Shown: positions 12,051 to 27,615, numbered from the stretch's first letter. The stretch is 64,000 nucleotides of DNA from Octopus bimaculoides (GCF_001194135.2 NC_068985.1:35723154-35787153); one strand, 5' to 3'. A program made the numbers and translations. Notes: generated from the sequence alone by a model not told the origin.

Positions 12051-12303
12051 TAACACATTTGTATTCAAAGTGGTTACATCAATGTCTTACAAACTGAAGT
12101 AGAAAATCTATCTTTTCTCAAAAACATCTTCAAAACAAATACTTACATTTCATAAACACCCATTTTAAGCACAATTTGATGTTTCATATATTTGTAGAGA
12201 TTATAAACATAATGGCAATGGCTGAGCCAACAAAACTGAATATGAGTGTCAATAATTAAGTTAATCCTTGGACATCAACTTTGTTTCTCAACCTGCTGTG
12301 GTC

Positions 12304-12314
12304 ATTAAAATAAA
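12304..12314 (+). other. Candidate polyadenylation signal of the transporter (overlapping ATTAAA/AATAAA)
   Basis: gtcATTAAAATAAAtacc about 255 nt after the stop codon; position inferred only. Confidence 0.4.
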
Positions 12315-13780
12315 TACCAATAATATATTTGGTTCAATTTAATCAACTGTATTTTCTCTCCTTTCAAAATTGGCACTTACCATATTTAGGTTTTAAGAAT
12401 TAGTTTGTTAATGAGTTTCTTGAATTATATTCAAATGACTAATAGTCTATTGGTTTTTTTAAATGCTTATCTTTCTATTAATGTCTAAACACAACCATTT
12501 GTACTTACTCTTACAGTTACTTAAGAATAGGACTAAAAAGCGGTGAGAAAAAGAAGACGTCATATAGAATCCAGCTGTCATTACATTATACCCTTAATAA
12601 TATTGTAACAATAAGAGAATATTGTAAAAAATAGGCTTAATAATCACTTTATGTATTTAAGTAAGTCAATATATGATTAGGTATTCAATGAAAAATCTAA
12701 AAGAAAAATTATTGCATGTAATATTAAAAAAAAACTATATAAACTGTGGTAGGTAAATAAGCTTAATAGAAGTCAACAGTTATGCATCTGGACCTCCATG
12801 AGGACACACATATATATATGTATGTATATCAGCATGGCCAAAGCTCTGAGCTGAAACTACAAAAAAAAAAAATTTACTGTCTATTTTCCCATGCTTCATT
12901 GAGGTAGAATTTTCTATAGTTAAAAGCCTTTCTCATCACCAACCTCAAGTTTCCAAGCAATATAATAAAATTACCTATCTATCAAACAACAAACCACCAG
13001 GATATTCTTTTGCAGAGTAATGAAAACAAATGCCAATGTTTGTATACTTTGTTTTACACTCAATGCATACATCAAGTCTAGGGTAATATGCACAAGATAT
13101 TGATCAACCCACAACTGTAGTGGGAAACACTACATGACACTGTCTGTGCTGTGGGAGCAAATTCTAAACCATGCGAATGTGATTCTAAAGTGAACTTCTT
13201 AACCATATATCTATGCCTGTGTCTCTATGTATAGAGACACTATGTGTGTGTGCGTACACACTCATACATGTGAGAATGTGCATCAGAGCATCAAATGGTT
13301 GGGAGTTTTGGATTTAAGACAAAAAAAAATCCTTTTCACAGAAGATATAGAAAATGAATGCAGAAAACCTACAATGATTTGGAAAGAATAAACTGGGTGC
13401 TATTTTCTGTGCAAGACAATAGAAATGAGATGAGAAAATCATTCAATACTAAAGCTGTATACAAGAAATAAACATATTTATATGATATAAGAAAAAGGAG
13501 GGTTTTGTTAGTGGTTAATTATATTAGATGTTATGATAGTCTAAGTGAAATTAGACTTTAGGAAACTTAGTTGCAGATAAATGACACAAGATAGGAACAG
13601 ATGAATATTAAGATTATTTATATGTGTTTAAACAATTATTAGAAAGTTAATTATATATGATTAATATACGATTTAGTGTGTATAATATAACAAATGTGTA
13701 GTTCTAGTAAAGTCATTTAAATAAGAAAAGCAATGCATATTTTTTAAAAAATTAAAGCAGTGTCTGTTTGGCTCCTTGTG

Positions 13781-13905
13781 AGAGGGAACTAGTCAATTAC
13801 ATCAACCCTAGTGCTTAACTGGTCCCTTATTTTATCGACTTCAAAAGGATGAAAGGCAAAGTCAGTCTTGGTGGAATTTTAACTCAGAACATAAAGACTT
13901 GGAAG
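13781..13905 (-). mobile_element. tRNA-derived SINE fragment
   Basis: ttatcgacttcaaaaggatgaaaggcaaagtc...aactcagaac, same family as 9425-9598. Confidence 0.75.
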
Positions 13906-15188
13906 AAAAGTCTACACACACCTTAGGAACACAGGTGCACCTAATAATGCAATAGAAACTTGCATGACACTATTGGAAACATAATAATGATGATTGTTTA
14001 TCATCAATATGAACAATACTAATAAAACTCTCTATGTTATAACTATTGGAAATGTCTTATTGAGTTATTGCTTTGGCTAACTCAGACATACCAAAACATT
14101 TAAGTATACTAAAGTGATGATAAATGGATCGAGCCTAACCTCCAAGGCAGGTTTCATTCTTGATTGACCAATTTCAATCAAATTATTATTTTTTTTTTTT
14201 TCTTCTGTATCTGTGATTTCTAGTATTCAATAGTCTAAAGTGGATGAGCTCCATAATAGTGACTTGCTCTTTACACATTTCAAGAAAATGAAGCCTTCAT
14301 TGGTGACCCAACAATACATTAAAGATTACAGAACATTTTCATTTCACTCACTCTCATACACACACATTCCTAATTCACCATACAACATTTAAAGTGGCCA
14401 TTTTGAAAAATCTGTGTGCACTGAGGATTTAACTTATTGAACATATCTTATTTAAATCGTAAATTAATTTGAAATGAATCATTATGAAACAATATGATAT
14501 TGTAAACCATTTCGAGTTTCTGTATAATTTTTGGCCATTTTTTTTTAACAATCACGATTGGTGTATATTAATCAAATTCTAAGTAAATATATATAGACTA
14601 TAGATGTACAAATTAATCGTGCTAGCATATGCATGTGTGTTTGTGAATACATGTTTAAATAGTTCAGAGTTTATACTCACTAAAATATAATTGATTTTAT
14701 ATTTTTTTGATTATGCATAAATACCCTCTGTGCATATGTGTGTGTGCATGCATGATTGAAAGTTGATGTATTTGTATTAAGAATGATCAAAGATGTATTT
14801 GCTAATTGCCATGCAGTTTTCATATATATTCCTTGCATACTTTTCACTGATTTTTTTTTTTTAGATCTTCAAAATGTTTTCCCTTTTCAAAGAATTTTTG
14901 TTTGCCAAAATTTTGTTAAACGTTTTCTTTTTATCAATTGTTATTGTACACAACTCATGAACCAATATTTATTTCTTTATCAAAATGCAGCTAGACTACA
15001 CAATGGTTGAAAATCTGTACAATAACATGTATGTACATGCGTGTGTGCACATCATCATATATATGTGTGTGTGTGTGTGTATGCATGTGTTGTGTGTGTA
15101 TGTATATGTGTATACATATGTGTGTATATATATATGTATATGTATGCATATTAGTATATGTGTACATGTATGTGTATGTATATATGTG

Positions 15189-15220
<32 letters not shown>

Positions 15221-15625
15221 AATATAAATATAAATTATCCCATGTTATAGATATCATCATCACTATTTTACATCTTCCATACCAGTATAAGCTGTTCAGT
15301 TCAGCAGGAGCTGAGCAAGATGCAGTCCTCTGGCTCATTGGATCCTGTCAATCTATTTAACTATCTAACTCTAGCTTTATTTGAATTTTGTTTTGAAACT
15401 TTTGATTCAGTGAAAAATACACTTTGCCAGTCATTATGATGCAATATTAATGAGTCTCATCAAATAAAACATACACTTTGATTACATTCCTACTTATTGA
15501 AATACAACTATCTCATTTTGTATTTGAGAAAATCCTTTTTATTTTGTTGCTCACATATTTTCATTGTGGAAAATATGAACTATCACACATAAATAAGCTA
15601 ATGTGACTCTGTACATATGTGAATA

Positions 15626-15830
15626 CAATAATCCCTCGACTATTGTGGGTGTTACGTTCCAAAACCTCTCACAGAAATAATTAAAATCTAAAAAAATGCA
15701 AATACTTATCGGCTGCAGAAACCTGGATATATTGAGGAGGCCGTAAATATGAATTTACATATATTAGCCAGAAAATTCTGCAATGTTCTGAGTACACAAT
15801 AGGTGACCGCGATATGGCAAGGGATTACTG
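15626..15830. mobile_element. pogo/Tigger-type MITE
   Basis: TA|CAATAATCCCTCG...CAAGGGATTACTG|TA: imperfect TIRs with a TA target duplication. Confidence 0.85.
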
Positions 15831-16003
15831 TATACAGAAACACATATATATCAACACATTTGTATGTATATTTAATGTCAAATTCTGTCATGTACCCATT
15901 AAGTTAAATAATTCTTGCAAATTTATGTATGTATATATTTATTTGTGTGTGTATTTATATGTATTATGTATATATATATATTTATGTACATATATACATT
16001 ATA

Positions 16004-16055
<52 letters not shown>

Positions 16056-17959
16056 GTATATGTGTATATATGTATTTACAGATGCAAGTTTAAAACAAAA
16101 TGAAATATGATTCACTGAAATATTTTGTTTCATTAAAAGTTTGATATGACAAAGAATTACTTAGTCTTGAAAACAGTTGATAACAAAATCATGTTAAATT
16201 GCATTTTAATATTTGAAGTTGATATTTTTTGTTAATTATGTCATTTAGATTTTTGAATCTCATTACCTCAATAGAAATAGCCTGTAAGAATAACATCGTT
16301 AAAATTTATATACAAATTTACTAACTTAGCTTGATGTCTTGTCAAACTAGTCAAATGAATGAAAGACTGAATACAATATAGCATGTGATGTAAGTAGTGG
16401 GATGATTAATGATTAATGTTTGGGATGATTAATGCTTGTCCTGTAAGTCCATATGCTTCTACGTGAAACACTCAAATTTATTTTAAATCTTTTCCTTCTG
16501 GAAAATTGGTAGCAAGCTTCCAATAAAATTGTCAGCAATTGACAGCTTCTTCAATTGCTTGCAATTTTTCAAAGATTATCTGAGTGTCTGACCAAAGAAT
16601 CCTCATTGGATATTATTTATAAAACTTCACTTTTTGAGCACTTTTGAAAATATTAATTCTTATCTTATTAATTGTACGTATAGAATCAGTCTATCAAAGC
16701 TCTCTTTCAGTATTGATATAGTTTACCACTTGAGCTCTTACATTTGTTACCTATGTAAAGAAATGATGACATGAAAACTAAAAACAGAAAAATTATTTCC
16801 TGGTTTGAAAATTTCAAAAATTTAATTTTTACTGAGACTGTCTTTTATTGTCATCTCTTAGATTCCTTATTCATTTACCGAAGATTCATTCCATACATAT
16901 GGTCAGAAAGATTAGAGTTGGAGTGATATAAAAGGCACATGTATTGTTAATTGTTGTCATTCCTGCATTTTCTTTTCATCTGAACTTTTTCTCATAAAAA
17001 TTACCACCACCACTATTTACAATCTTATTTAAAATATAGAAGCTAGGATGAATTTATAAAGAAGTATTTGTTAGTTGTCTTATATATAAAATTACATGTG
17101 ATTTATAATTATACTGATCAGTAATTCCCTATTCCAAGAGGAAGAGAAAAATAGTCTGCAAGTTGCTGCTAGTAATAAAAATTTATAGGGCACAGTTATT
17201 GTTTATTTGCTAGTGTAATATTAAGTCAGAATATAGCTTACTTGGGTTATAAGTAAGATGAGCTTGAGAAGAGAAAGGTATTCATTTTCTCATGTAGGTT
17301 AAGATTGAAACGGTTTTAGAGCATTGATTGAAAGAAATCAACCATGTGAAAAGGAGCTGATGTACTGGATACATTTGCAAATCATTTTGAAATGAATTTT
17401 TGAAACATTGAATTGTTGACAAGAACTTTTTGTCTGAATGGGCGTAAAAATTTTTCTTAGTTTTTCTTCGTGTTTTGTGGAGCAGTGTAGAAGTGATTGG
17501 TTATCAGATTGATATAGTGATTGAGTCATTTATCTGTCTGTTATAAATTCTAATATTTTTGGCTTCTTGAGTGACATGATTTTAGAAATAAGTTCAACAA
17601 GGTATAAAATCTTATTTATTTAATTATTGCATATAAAATAATATGCATTTGCTCATTTTTTAAATTTTTGCATTGGTAGCTGGCAGATCCATTTCAAAAA
17701 TTTTGTAATCTTACTCATGAGGTTTGAGACTATTTGTTGAAGCAGGATCATGAATATTAAAGAGAACTGGATCTTGTTCCAGTATATAATCATCACTTGC
17801 TTCATTTACAATGATAATTTAAGTGCTATTCTTTTGCATAGTAAGTTAACCCTTGTTAGGATACTTATACATATGTATACATGCATATATATATTATTTA
17901 CATCATCATATATTTTATATGTGGATATTTGCATATATATATGCAAATATCCACATATA

Positions 17960-18760
17960 AAGTTCTGATATAGGTAGGATTAGTAAAGTTATATCATAGA
18001 GAATTCTACCCCACCTTCATTCTATGATTACACTAAACCTCTAGACTAACACCATTGAAGTCATCCAGTGGTTTAAATCCTTAAGCCCCAATGGTAAATA
18101 CAAATTCATTCAAGTAGATATAGACCAATACTATTCCAGTGTATCTCCTATCCTACTTGAAGCCCTCATATTTGCACTAAAATATTCTGCCCCAACTAGA
18201 GATGATATCGATATTATCCTGGCAGTCCATCAAACTATTATAAAATGCAATGGAAAACTTTGGGCCAGCAAAGATACCTCTAACTACTTCAATATCCCAA
18301 TGGGGGCAAGCAATTCAGCCCAAGTTACTGACCTCATGGATTGTTGCCTGCTCCATTGTCTCCAGGACCAATTCCCTAAATATTTCTGGCAGTCTATATA
18401 GGGATGACTCTGTTTGCAATCCTGAACTCTAGTAACTGTAAAGTAGAACAACTTAGGAAAAGAATCAGATATTTCTTTAAAAACGTGGGCATTAGTATCT
18501 TTTTCAGTTCAGATATTAAAACTGCTTATTTCCTATCTACCATAAACTCGGGGAGAACCTTGTGTTAACTTTTCCTCAAATCACCCCCTCCCATTTTCCT
18601 AAAATCCATTGTGGACAGTGTGTTTTATAGGATCTCATCCCTAGCCAAAGAGATATTTGAGCAATATACTGAATATTACAACTGCTCCTTAAACTGCACC
18701 AGATATAAAAAAACCCAATTAGATACCTCCCTATATGGAGTGATCCTTTGTCCCTTGAAC
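17960..18760 (+). mobile_element. Penelope-like element RT remnant of a second clade (Naiad-like motifs)
   Basis: Across frameshifts: SDIGRISKVI, EVIQWFK, KFIQVDIDQYYSS, FNIPMGASNSAQVTDL (FDVTMGSxDGAEVCEL type), GSLYRDD (GLYRDDGL type), PPIFLKSIVDSVFYRISSL, KEIFEQ..YY. Confidence 0.8.
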
Positions 18761-21700
18761 CTGACACTGCAGATACATCTGCTCCTTTAGACAGAACCCA
18801 AGGTAACCTCTGTATTTCACCCTCTCCTTATTCCCCCGAATTTTACTGTAGTAGCAAACCCAATTGGCACTCTTCCTTCCCATCCAGGGATTCTGGATCC
18901 CAAATCTGCCATTGCCCATTAAAATCCATTCCAGCATGCACCTCCCTACCCCAAGGTATACTCAGGTAACCCCCTAGAATGGGATGAGCTACATTTATAT
19001 TTTCTTAACCCAGTGATCTCCTTACATCTTCCTCTCTGCACATGTCAATATGCAGATGTGCATGTGTGCCTGCACACAATAGGCACTCAGTGAACATACA
19101 CATGCGCACAGATATGCAAATATATAGTTTTACTGTTAAGTAGTAAGCCACTAATTTAATTCCAACTGCATGTTCCCCTCATGGCTAGAAACTTTATCTT
19201 CCATCTCCCTCTCTTTCTTTCCCCTTCTTTCTTCTCTCCTAGCAAATTCACCTTACTCCCACTCCTAAATATTTAACCTCTTCTTTTCCTTTTCTTCTCA
19301 TTCTTGACCATTTCACTTCTAAGAGCTCTTTTCTTTTCTTTTGATTCTATATAAATGTATATGCATGGATGCCACAATATATTTATTTACCATTGACAAA
19401 GTAAAATGACCCCAGCTTAACATTCACAATGTTCAGTCTAACCTAAATTCCCCTTTTCTCCGTTTCTTCATTCTTAATAGCTTTAGACAATTGCTCACTC
19501 CCATATTTTTGACCTCTTACTTCTTTTCTATTACCAGCCATTTTATTTCTTCATATATGTTTTTCTATTTTGTCTTTTTTTTCTTTTACTCCATTCTTCC
19601 AGTTTCACCATTCCTTTTAAATTATAGCAGGTTAACTTAGGATTCCTTAATACCCTCCATGTGAACAGCTGTTTCATATCTATTCTGCTAGTATTTTGAT
19701 GGCCTCAAATAATGCAAGACATTGCATGAGTATTGATCCTTGAAATGGCATAGTTATACCATATTCAATTGATAATGAAACGGCAGTTTCCAAAGATTTA
19801 CCTAAAACTTGTGTATGCTACTGCCTAAATAATGCTCAGAAAACATTTTAATGTCTTAGATATTTCTCCTTTTATATTGTATTTAGTCTTTAAGTGTGTG
19901 AATAAACAAATATATTGAGTTTGATGTGTATATTTATAGGTTTTAAGTTTGTTGGAGTTTTACTTTGCTTTTATCTTATGTGCAGAAGCCACATACATCA
20001 GTTTGAGGGATGTAGAATAGTGCCAAAATGTTAAAATGCAGATGGTTGTTGTATTGACAACTATGTTTGTTATTTAGATATTCATTCACTTGTTATTTAA
20101 AACACTCACACCTAATTGATTTAGTTGTTATCACCAGAAAACTGGGAAACATGTCTGTCCACAGCTGCTGCCTACTACCTTATGTGCTCTCTCTCCAAAT
20201 ATTTTTCAGCAACTCATCAATAATCTTTTCTTCCATTTTTCTTTTTCTTTTTCACATTACTCTAAAATGTTGCTTTTAGAGTAATATCGCTTTTAAAAAG
20301 TTCTTTTGCAATCTACATATGTTTAAAATATATAAATAAATGGTTCTTTATTTGGCATTGCCTTTTATTCATTACGAATTAAAGTACTCAAATAATGATA
20401 ATAATAATGATAATGATAATTGGCTCATCATATTCTGTGATATTGCAAAAGGTGAAAGAGTTAGAGCAATTTTGACTTAGCACGAACTTAATATTGTTTT
20501 TATAGTAACATAATGATAAATAAAATCAATATTAATAATGATACTAAAATCTGACACACATATGGTGTCTTATACAGAAGGGAGGAAACATGGAGTTGCC
20601 ACATATATATAGTTTTCCTAAGAACATTAGTAATTTGTATATAATGATTCCACGTGGTGATCAAAACTGGGCTGTGAACTTGTTTACTGAAAAGTTACCA
20701 CCTCACAATAATACAAACAATGATTACAGAAACTGTATCAGTTATAATAACAATGATAAAAGTCACAATGATGGTATTGAATATTTTTACAAAGATCTTT
20801 GTACTTTAACTTGAAGAAATGAAAAGTTATATTGTTCAAGAAACTACATGATTGTTCCAGTTTGGGGAAAATGTATATCATTAAAGATATGTTTTCAATG
20901 TTAATAGTAATCAAAAAGCAAAGGCTAATGATGAGGATGATGATGTGGTTGTGACATGAATGACACTGATAATTATATTAATAATTATGATTTGTTTGTG
21001 ACACAATGCTAACTTTATAAGGGTTGTTGTCAATACTTTGGACATCGGCATCTTGCTAGTATACATTGGTTGTAAATTTAGAAAGGCACCACAGATTAAG
21101 TTGTATGATCTGGTGCTACTTTAAAAAAGTGCAGGACACTGATTTAGATGTTCTGAATGATTGAATGCATTATACATCTCCCCCAAGATCAAATGCACTC
21201 ATTAAGGTCAATAAAAGAAGAAAATGTCATTGGAAGTGACTCAAATTACTAACAGATTATGCAGCATAACTTGATAAAATAAAAACTATTCAGTTGTATC
21301 AGATTATAAAAGATTACGTGAATGGATAAGAAATGTTAATACATTACTAATGCATAATACCACAGTAATACATTAATGGCTTCGGCAAGAAGTGACTTAC
21401 TGTTACAAAACATTGCTCCCTATCTCAGAAATTGTTTGCCATTTATATTTAGATAGATAATGAAAATTTAAATTAAATTAATATAGATTCATTACTTCTA
21501 GTGCAAGTTTAGAGACAACAGAAATGATTATATAATGTTTATGACTTTCTTAAGGACATAAGTACTATAAAAAAACTAAACTAATTTCAAGACAACCAAC
21601 AACTACTGAAATCAGTTTACAAATTCAACTTATTTAAAGCACTTGCCATTTCTCATTGGCACCTCACCACTACTTTGCAGTCCCCATCACAATTTAAATG

Positions 21701-22726
21701 AACCATAAAATACCAGGCTGGTTCTGTTGGTAACTTCAAACAAGTATTGTACTCCTTTCTGACATAAGACAAAATTTGAGATAAGTGTTGATAAAAGCAA
21801 AAATGAATAGTGATAATAATAATTATGATGTTGCTGAAAAATGGGAAATGAGAAATAAGAAAAACTAACTTTTAAAAATTTATTTTAAATTGCTAATTCA
21901 GGGACAATGTATTACAACCTGCAAAAAATATGTAAAATATAAAATATTTCACGAGTAGCAAATTTGTTGAAAATTTCCATTTTTGTTTTTAATATGTTAT
22001 CAAAATGGAGAAAAGTGCCAACTCCAACCAAATGTTCATTTGGTGTAACATATGCAACATGGTTAAAAAAAATGTTAAAAATGTAATTGAAGAAAGAAGA
22101 CAAAAACAAAACATAGCCTTGCTGCAAAGATATTCTTATTAAATATTTTTCAATTTCTCTCCGGAATCTTGATTTTTGTCATTGCATGTTTTTTTGTTAA
22201 TCTTGTGTTTTTTTCTCTGTTCACTTTTGCTCATTTCTTGTTTGCTGTTAACTCTTCTTTTAAAATTGGATCTTTTATGTCACAAGTCATTCACATTCCT
22301 GTGTCATTAAAATACTAACAGTTTATTTCACCTTTTCATTTTCACCCAAATAGTTTGTTTATGAGCTTTTAAAAAATGTCTTCCAATTCAAAATAAAGAG
22401 AAAGTATAAAAAAAAGTTCTTACAAAAAACAATGTATCTCATGTTATTCTATTCTTATGACTTACTTAAATATATGTTTTGTTTTCATAGATTATGTCTT
22501 AATTATATACCAGATTTCATAGGTTTGTGTGCTATTTAATCCATTGTTTACATTTGGTGATTAAAACTATAAAAATAACTGAATAAACTATTTTATTTTC
22601 CTACATCTAATATACAAACATCTCAACTAAAATGCAGGAAATATTCTTTTAAATCACTTTGTTTCCAGGAGTCCTCAACCAATTGACAATATACCAATAG
22701 TCTCTTACATTAAATACATAAATTAA

Positions 22727-22970
22727 CCCTTTCGTGATAATATTTCTTATGAAATACACTGCATGTGTTTCACTTAATTTTTAACAGAATGAAGATTTTT
22801 GAGGGATTTAATAAAACAGCTAACTTTTTCATTATCATGCTCTTGTTTGGAACTTATCACAAGGTGCTGATATAAAATTAGGATGGAAGATTTTAAATTT
22901 AGTTCTGAATACTTTAAACCTGAAACATTTGTATCAGAACCAGAGGCAAGCAGGTTTCAAGAGAATTAAA
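22727..22970. mobile_element. piggyBac-like MITE, degenerate
   Basis: Begins TTAA|CCCTTT; the right end is decayed. Confidence 0.5.
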
Positions 22971-23894
22971 CAGATTTCATATACCTAATTATATCAGCTG
23001 GGACTTTTGTCATTGTCAAATGACAGAGCATTGTAAATATTCTTGCAACAAAAACTTGATCTGATAAGCGCTATGAATGTTTCCCTTATGTGTTTATAAG
23101 ACATTTTAATTCTAACCAGCTTTAAATTAGAACCTTAGTTACTTCAAATTTTGCATTGCTATCAAATTCTACAGGGTACCTAAAGGAATATGGTAGCTAT
23201 AGAAAATTCAGAGTAACAATCAAGGGAAACCTCAGTTTCAAAAAGTAGGAACATATTGTTCATTATAATTGAACACCACTATTCATCTATGTACTGTCAA
23301 GTTAGAAAAATTGGAAAACTAGGATGCAAGTCAAGAAGGTGATGTAGAAATGCATGACGTTGAAAAGGAGTGATAGTGGCAGTATGTAGAAACACAGAAA
23401 GAGAGAGGGAGAGAAAAGTGTTAATGTGAGGTAAAAGGTATTCTAAAATATGTTGTCATAATGCATTTAAATCTGCAACAGCAAACTCTTTTCCCTTCTC
23501 TTTAATCTCTCCTTAATCATTCTCTTTTGCAGTCTTTCACACTCATTTCTTCCTATTGACATGTTTGCAACTTGTTTTCAATGTATCTCTCTCCTTCTTT
23601 TTAATGCTCCCTTTCTCTCTCTCTCTCTCTTTCTCCCTTCTTTTCCTTCTTCTTCTTTGTCCCCTGTATAACTTTCTTGCTCCAGTTTTCTCTCTACTTT
23701 CTCTCACTCACAGTTATATGTCAACACTCAAAGTTTAAGCTAAAACTATGTGGAAGGACTCAAACTATTTCAAACTTGCCAATTCTGAGCAGACATATTT
23801 TTACAGAACTATTTAATAATTATTTTCAATAATTATTACCTCAAATTCATCAGTTATTGAACTAACAGCAAAAATATTCCCAAATTTTCTGGAT

Positions 23895-24060
23895 TTGTGC
23901 ACTATAAGAAATTTTATAGCACATAAAAAATTTCATGGAATTACAACCAGGCTAACAGAGAAAGTAAGCTTTGTATGTGACAGGTGCATTGGAACAATAT
24001 TTACTAAGACCTCACTAGAAATAGATTTTCTTAAATGTCCATATGGTTGCTTTTGCATTC
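23895..24060 (+). mobile_element. RTE ORF2 internal relic (Cys/His-rich segment)
   Basis: CTIRNFIAHKKFHGITTRLTEKVSFVCDRC resembles the CxxCxxxxHxxC...CxxC segment I recall from this RTE family. Confidence 0.55.
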
Positions 24061-27000
24061 TGGAGTTCTTACTGTATAGCAATTTTATAATTCTTTAAAG
24101 AGTAGATACTTGCAAATACAACTGATTTATTTATTTACTAAGTCATGCTGCATTAAAAATATGCTTTCTTATTGTGAAACATGTTTCTAAGATAAAATTA
24201 CCTCATAAACCACTATCTTTAACATTTATGTTTTATTCTACTACTTTTGATACAAATGGCTCATTGAAAATAATACCAGGGTACTTTTTTTTTTTGATAG
24301 CATAGGCCATATCACTGATATTTTTTTTACCTCAAAGATTGATAGTTAAGAACAATATTATTTTCTTTCAACAATCGAAACTAGACAGAAGTACCTGTAT
24401 TACTAAATACAAACATCTACATGTTGACTGCCTACATATATTGCCAATAATTAAAGTCTCTTTAAACTGAAAAGCACCAAAATTGTCAAATAGAAGACAA
24501 TAAGTATGCTTGTAAAACAAAAGAAGCAATGTAAAGCATCTGAAGCAATTTAAAGAAACTTTATCAATCATGAAATTGACCAAGCAAAATATGCAACATT
24601 GAAATATATAGCTGAGAATCAGCTATAAATACATTAATGGTACAATCAACTTGACTAATCTCTCATTTGGATTCTGTTTTACTACATAGGACAAAATATC
24701 CTGTATAGTCAAATACATTTGGGAAATCTTATTACAAAGGCTTAAATAGTTAGACAAAAAAGTCTTATTTCAAAAAAATAGTTTGGAAACAAAAAAACCA
24801 CTGTCTATGAAAATGTTTGTTTCAACTGGCAAAGTATGTCAGAAAAAAGCATGACATATAGAAAGGAAAGAAAAATTAAACTACTCAAATTTTACTGTAT
24901 TGCCTTATTTGGCAGACAATGTTTTACATAAATCTGTACAGCCTTCAGGTATATAATCAGTAGCTGTTGTCATTGAACACTCACTCATTTCCTTAAGTTT
25001 AAACTTATACAATGACTCATACTCAACTCATTCTTCTTCAGTCAGTGCAAGTGTTCAACATTCACTCCTGCCATTCGTAATACATCTGTCACATAACCTT
25101 ATGCTTAGTTTAAAACAAAAGTGATTTTTTTTCTAAACTTCTGTTCACATCCTACTTCAGGTAGTATGCTAAGCCCATAGACAGTAAGAATCAGAAAAGG
25201 TAACAACACCAACTTATAGAAATTTCATTTTTTTCACTCATTTCTTAAAAAAATCTCTTCCATAATCACTGAATCTAATTGTATTTGAAATCAATATACA
25301 GCAGCTCAAAAATAAATTTAATTTTACAATCTGCAGCAAACTTCAAAGTACTAAACACACTCACTTTTCTTTTAAGTTCTTACTTAATCAAAAATATTTA
25401 GTTAGAAAAGAAAAATAAATGTCAAGAACTAAGCTCTTTTTTTTATAACAAATCTTATCGTTGTTCAATATAGTTTAAAAATGAAACATGGCAAGTATGT
25501 GTATCTCCTGTGATGATACATAGCAAAACTAAGATTCTAGAGTACCAGCTGCGACTTTATTTCTGGTCATAGATGTAGGTGCAGAAATAAAAAGTGCACA
25601 TTTGCAAAACGTTTAAATGTGAAAAAATAATATATTGGACATTTTTCAATAGTAAAGGCATATTTTTCTAGGAAATTTATTTCAAATATGAGATACAATT
25701 CAAACATCGAGAATAATGTTTTAAAAAATGTTTTATTACCAGAGATTGTGATTTGATTTCACATATAATTAACTTGGTATTGTATATGCATTTTATAATA
25801 GCAAAGCTTCAGCTTTTACAATACCAGTTTTATACAATTTATGGAATCATTTGTCCACTGAAAAGAAGTATTAAAAAAGCAGAAGTTTCAATTTGGTCAA
25901 ACAAAGTTCATTGCTTTTTTTGCAAGAAAAAAGTTAATGTTTAAATTATGATTTAAAAACTACCTGGAAATAACATATCAAAACAAATAACTTTCTAAAA
26001 CCTGTTATATAAACCCACGAAGCCCAAACTCCTAATAACCTTATTGCCCAAGATATTTTTGTTTTCCAGGTCTTTATTTATATCAGAGTTTGTATCATAC
26101 AAAAGTTTTCATTTCTAAAGGAAATAAATTATAATTTCCTTCAATAATAAAATGCAGTCTGCATGTCTTAAGAATATAGTACCATCAGACAAATATTTTA
26201 TAAACAAACTCTAAAACAACTGGAGTTCATGTTTTGGAACTATTTTTTTCAATCAGCTATGGAACACCTTGAATATTCAGCCAATGTATGTTTAAAAAAT
26301 TTTATCAACAAAACTTCCTAATTACATTTTTAATCAAACACTTAGTAAGTAATATTTCCAAGATTTAGTGAAAACTATAAAAGTAGGTTTAAAATTAATT
26401 ATTGTAATACAATTCTCAACAGGTATTCATATACTTGTGTAAGCATATTTGTTGAAGGTTTTCTTTAGTAAGTGCACTAAATTTTATGTGCCCCAGTTCA
26501 CTCAGAAATCATATCTGCACATGCATATTGTCTAATGGAAACTAAATCTTCTACCTACAACCAATTTGATAAGGCTCAGTAGGAGCAAATATGAATATGT
26601 TCTCTTGACTATTGTACTTAACCAGTTTATAATTAAAAATTAACTGTCTTTAATTAATTCTGATATGCCAGCTATATGTTAGATAATACATGAAACAATG
26701 CATGTATTAAATATTCTTCCACCCATTATGATGTGGAGAAGAACTTGAATTTTTTTAATTTTCAACAAATTTTCTTTCTTTAAGCCAACAAATAAACATT
26801 TCTGTATATTTATTTAGCTACTTGCTAAGATATTATCAACTTCTGGCTTGACTGAATACTTGCTAATGATGCTCAATCAGGCAGAAACAGATGTAGAGTT
26901 GTCTTGTTTTTTATGTGTGTTAGAAGTAGCATTAGTTAAGAATTGATATTTTTCTATCACTGCATAGTCAATCTTAGTTTAAGCTTTTTAATGCTCCATA

Positions 27001-27449
27001 TACAAATGATTTTCTTTAATCAGTTTGATTAAAGAAAACAGGTCATTCAAAGATAAATTGGCTGCAGTTTACTCAAGATAAATAGTGATAAATGAATGTT
27101 GCTATTTATGTTGTGAGCTCATATCTAAGAACACTTCCTGTTTTGTTGTATGGTTTCCATCATTATTATTATCATTATCTTTAGATTAAACAGTTAAGAG
27201 TGGCCAATATCACATGGAAGAATAGGAACAAACAGACTAGTTGTGTGAAACTATGATAGGAAGTCTCCTTAACAACTACAAACACTAAATTTCTTTTACT
27301 TATTTGAATCCAATGAATTTGTAACATTGTTTTGATTTTAATTTTTTGTTTCATAAATGCTTCCTTTTTTTTTTTACATAATTGTTAACTTCATTTTAAA
27401 TGAAGAAAATCTTTTCATAGATATGAGCCTAACAAAGAAATCATAATTA

Positions 27450-27615
27450 TTACAAGTATCAGACAAAATACCTTACAGATTTTGTTCTGGCTCTACATTT
27501 TAAGTTCAAATCCTGCTGAGGTCAATGTTATCTTTCAGGGTCAATAAAATACAGTACCAATCAAGTACTGGGACTGATTTAATCAACTTCTGCAAAATTT
27601 CTGGCCCTATGCTTG
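27450..27615 (+). mobile_element. Degenerate tRNA-derived SINE
   Basis: agttcaaatcctgctgaggtcaa...ggtcaataaaatacagtacc, the plus-strand form of the 9425-9598 family. Confidence 0.6.

Noticed and set aside
15270-15360. GC-richer 70-nt island with splice-like signals on both strands
   Set aside because: No recognisable peptide and no partner exons in phase; insufficient support.
14985-16110. ORFs rich in Y/I/C/V/H/T (also 28-472, 2019-2240, 40887-41167, 54115-54455, 61702-62264)
   Set aside because: They are translations of (TA)n/(CA)n microsatellites.
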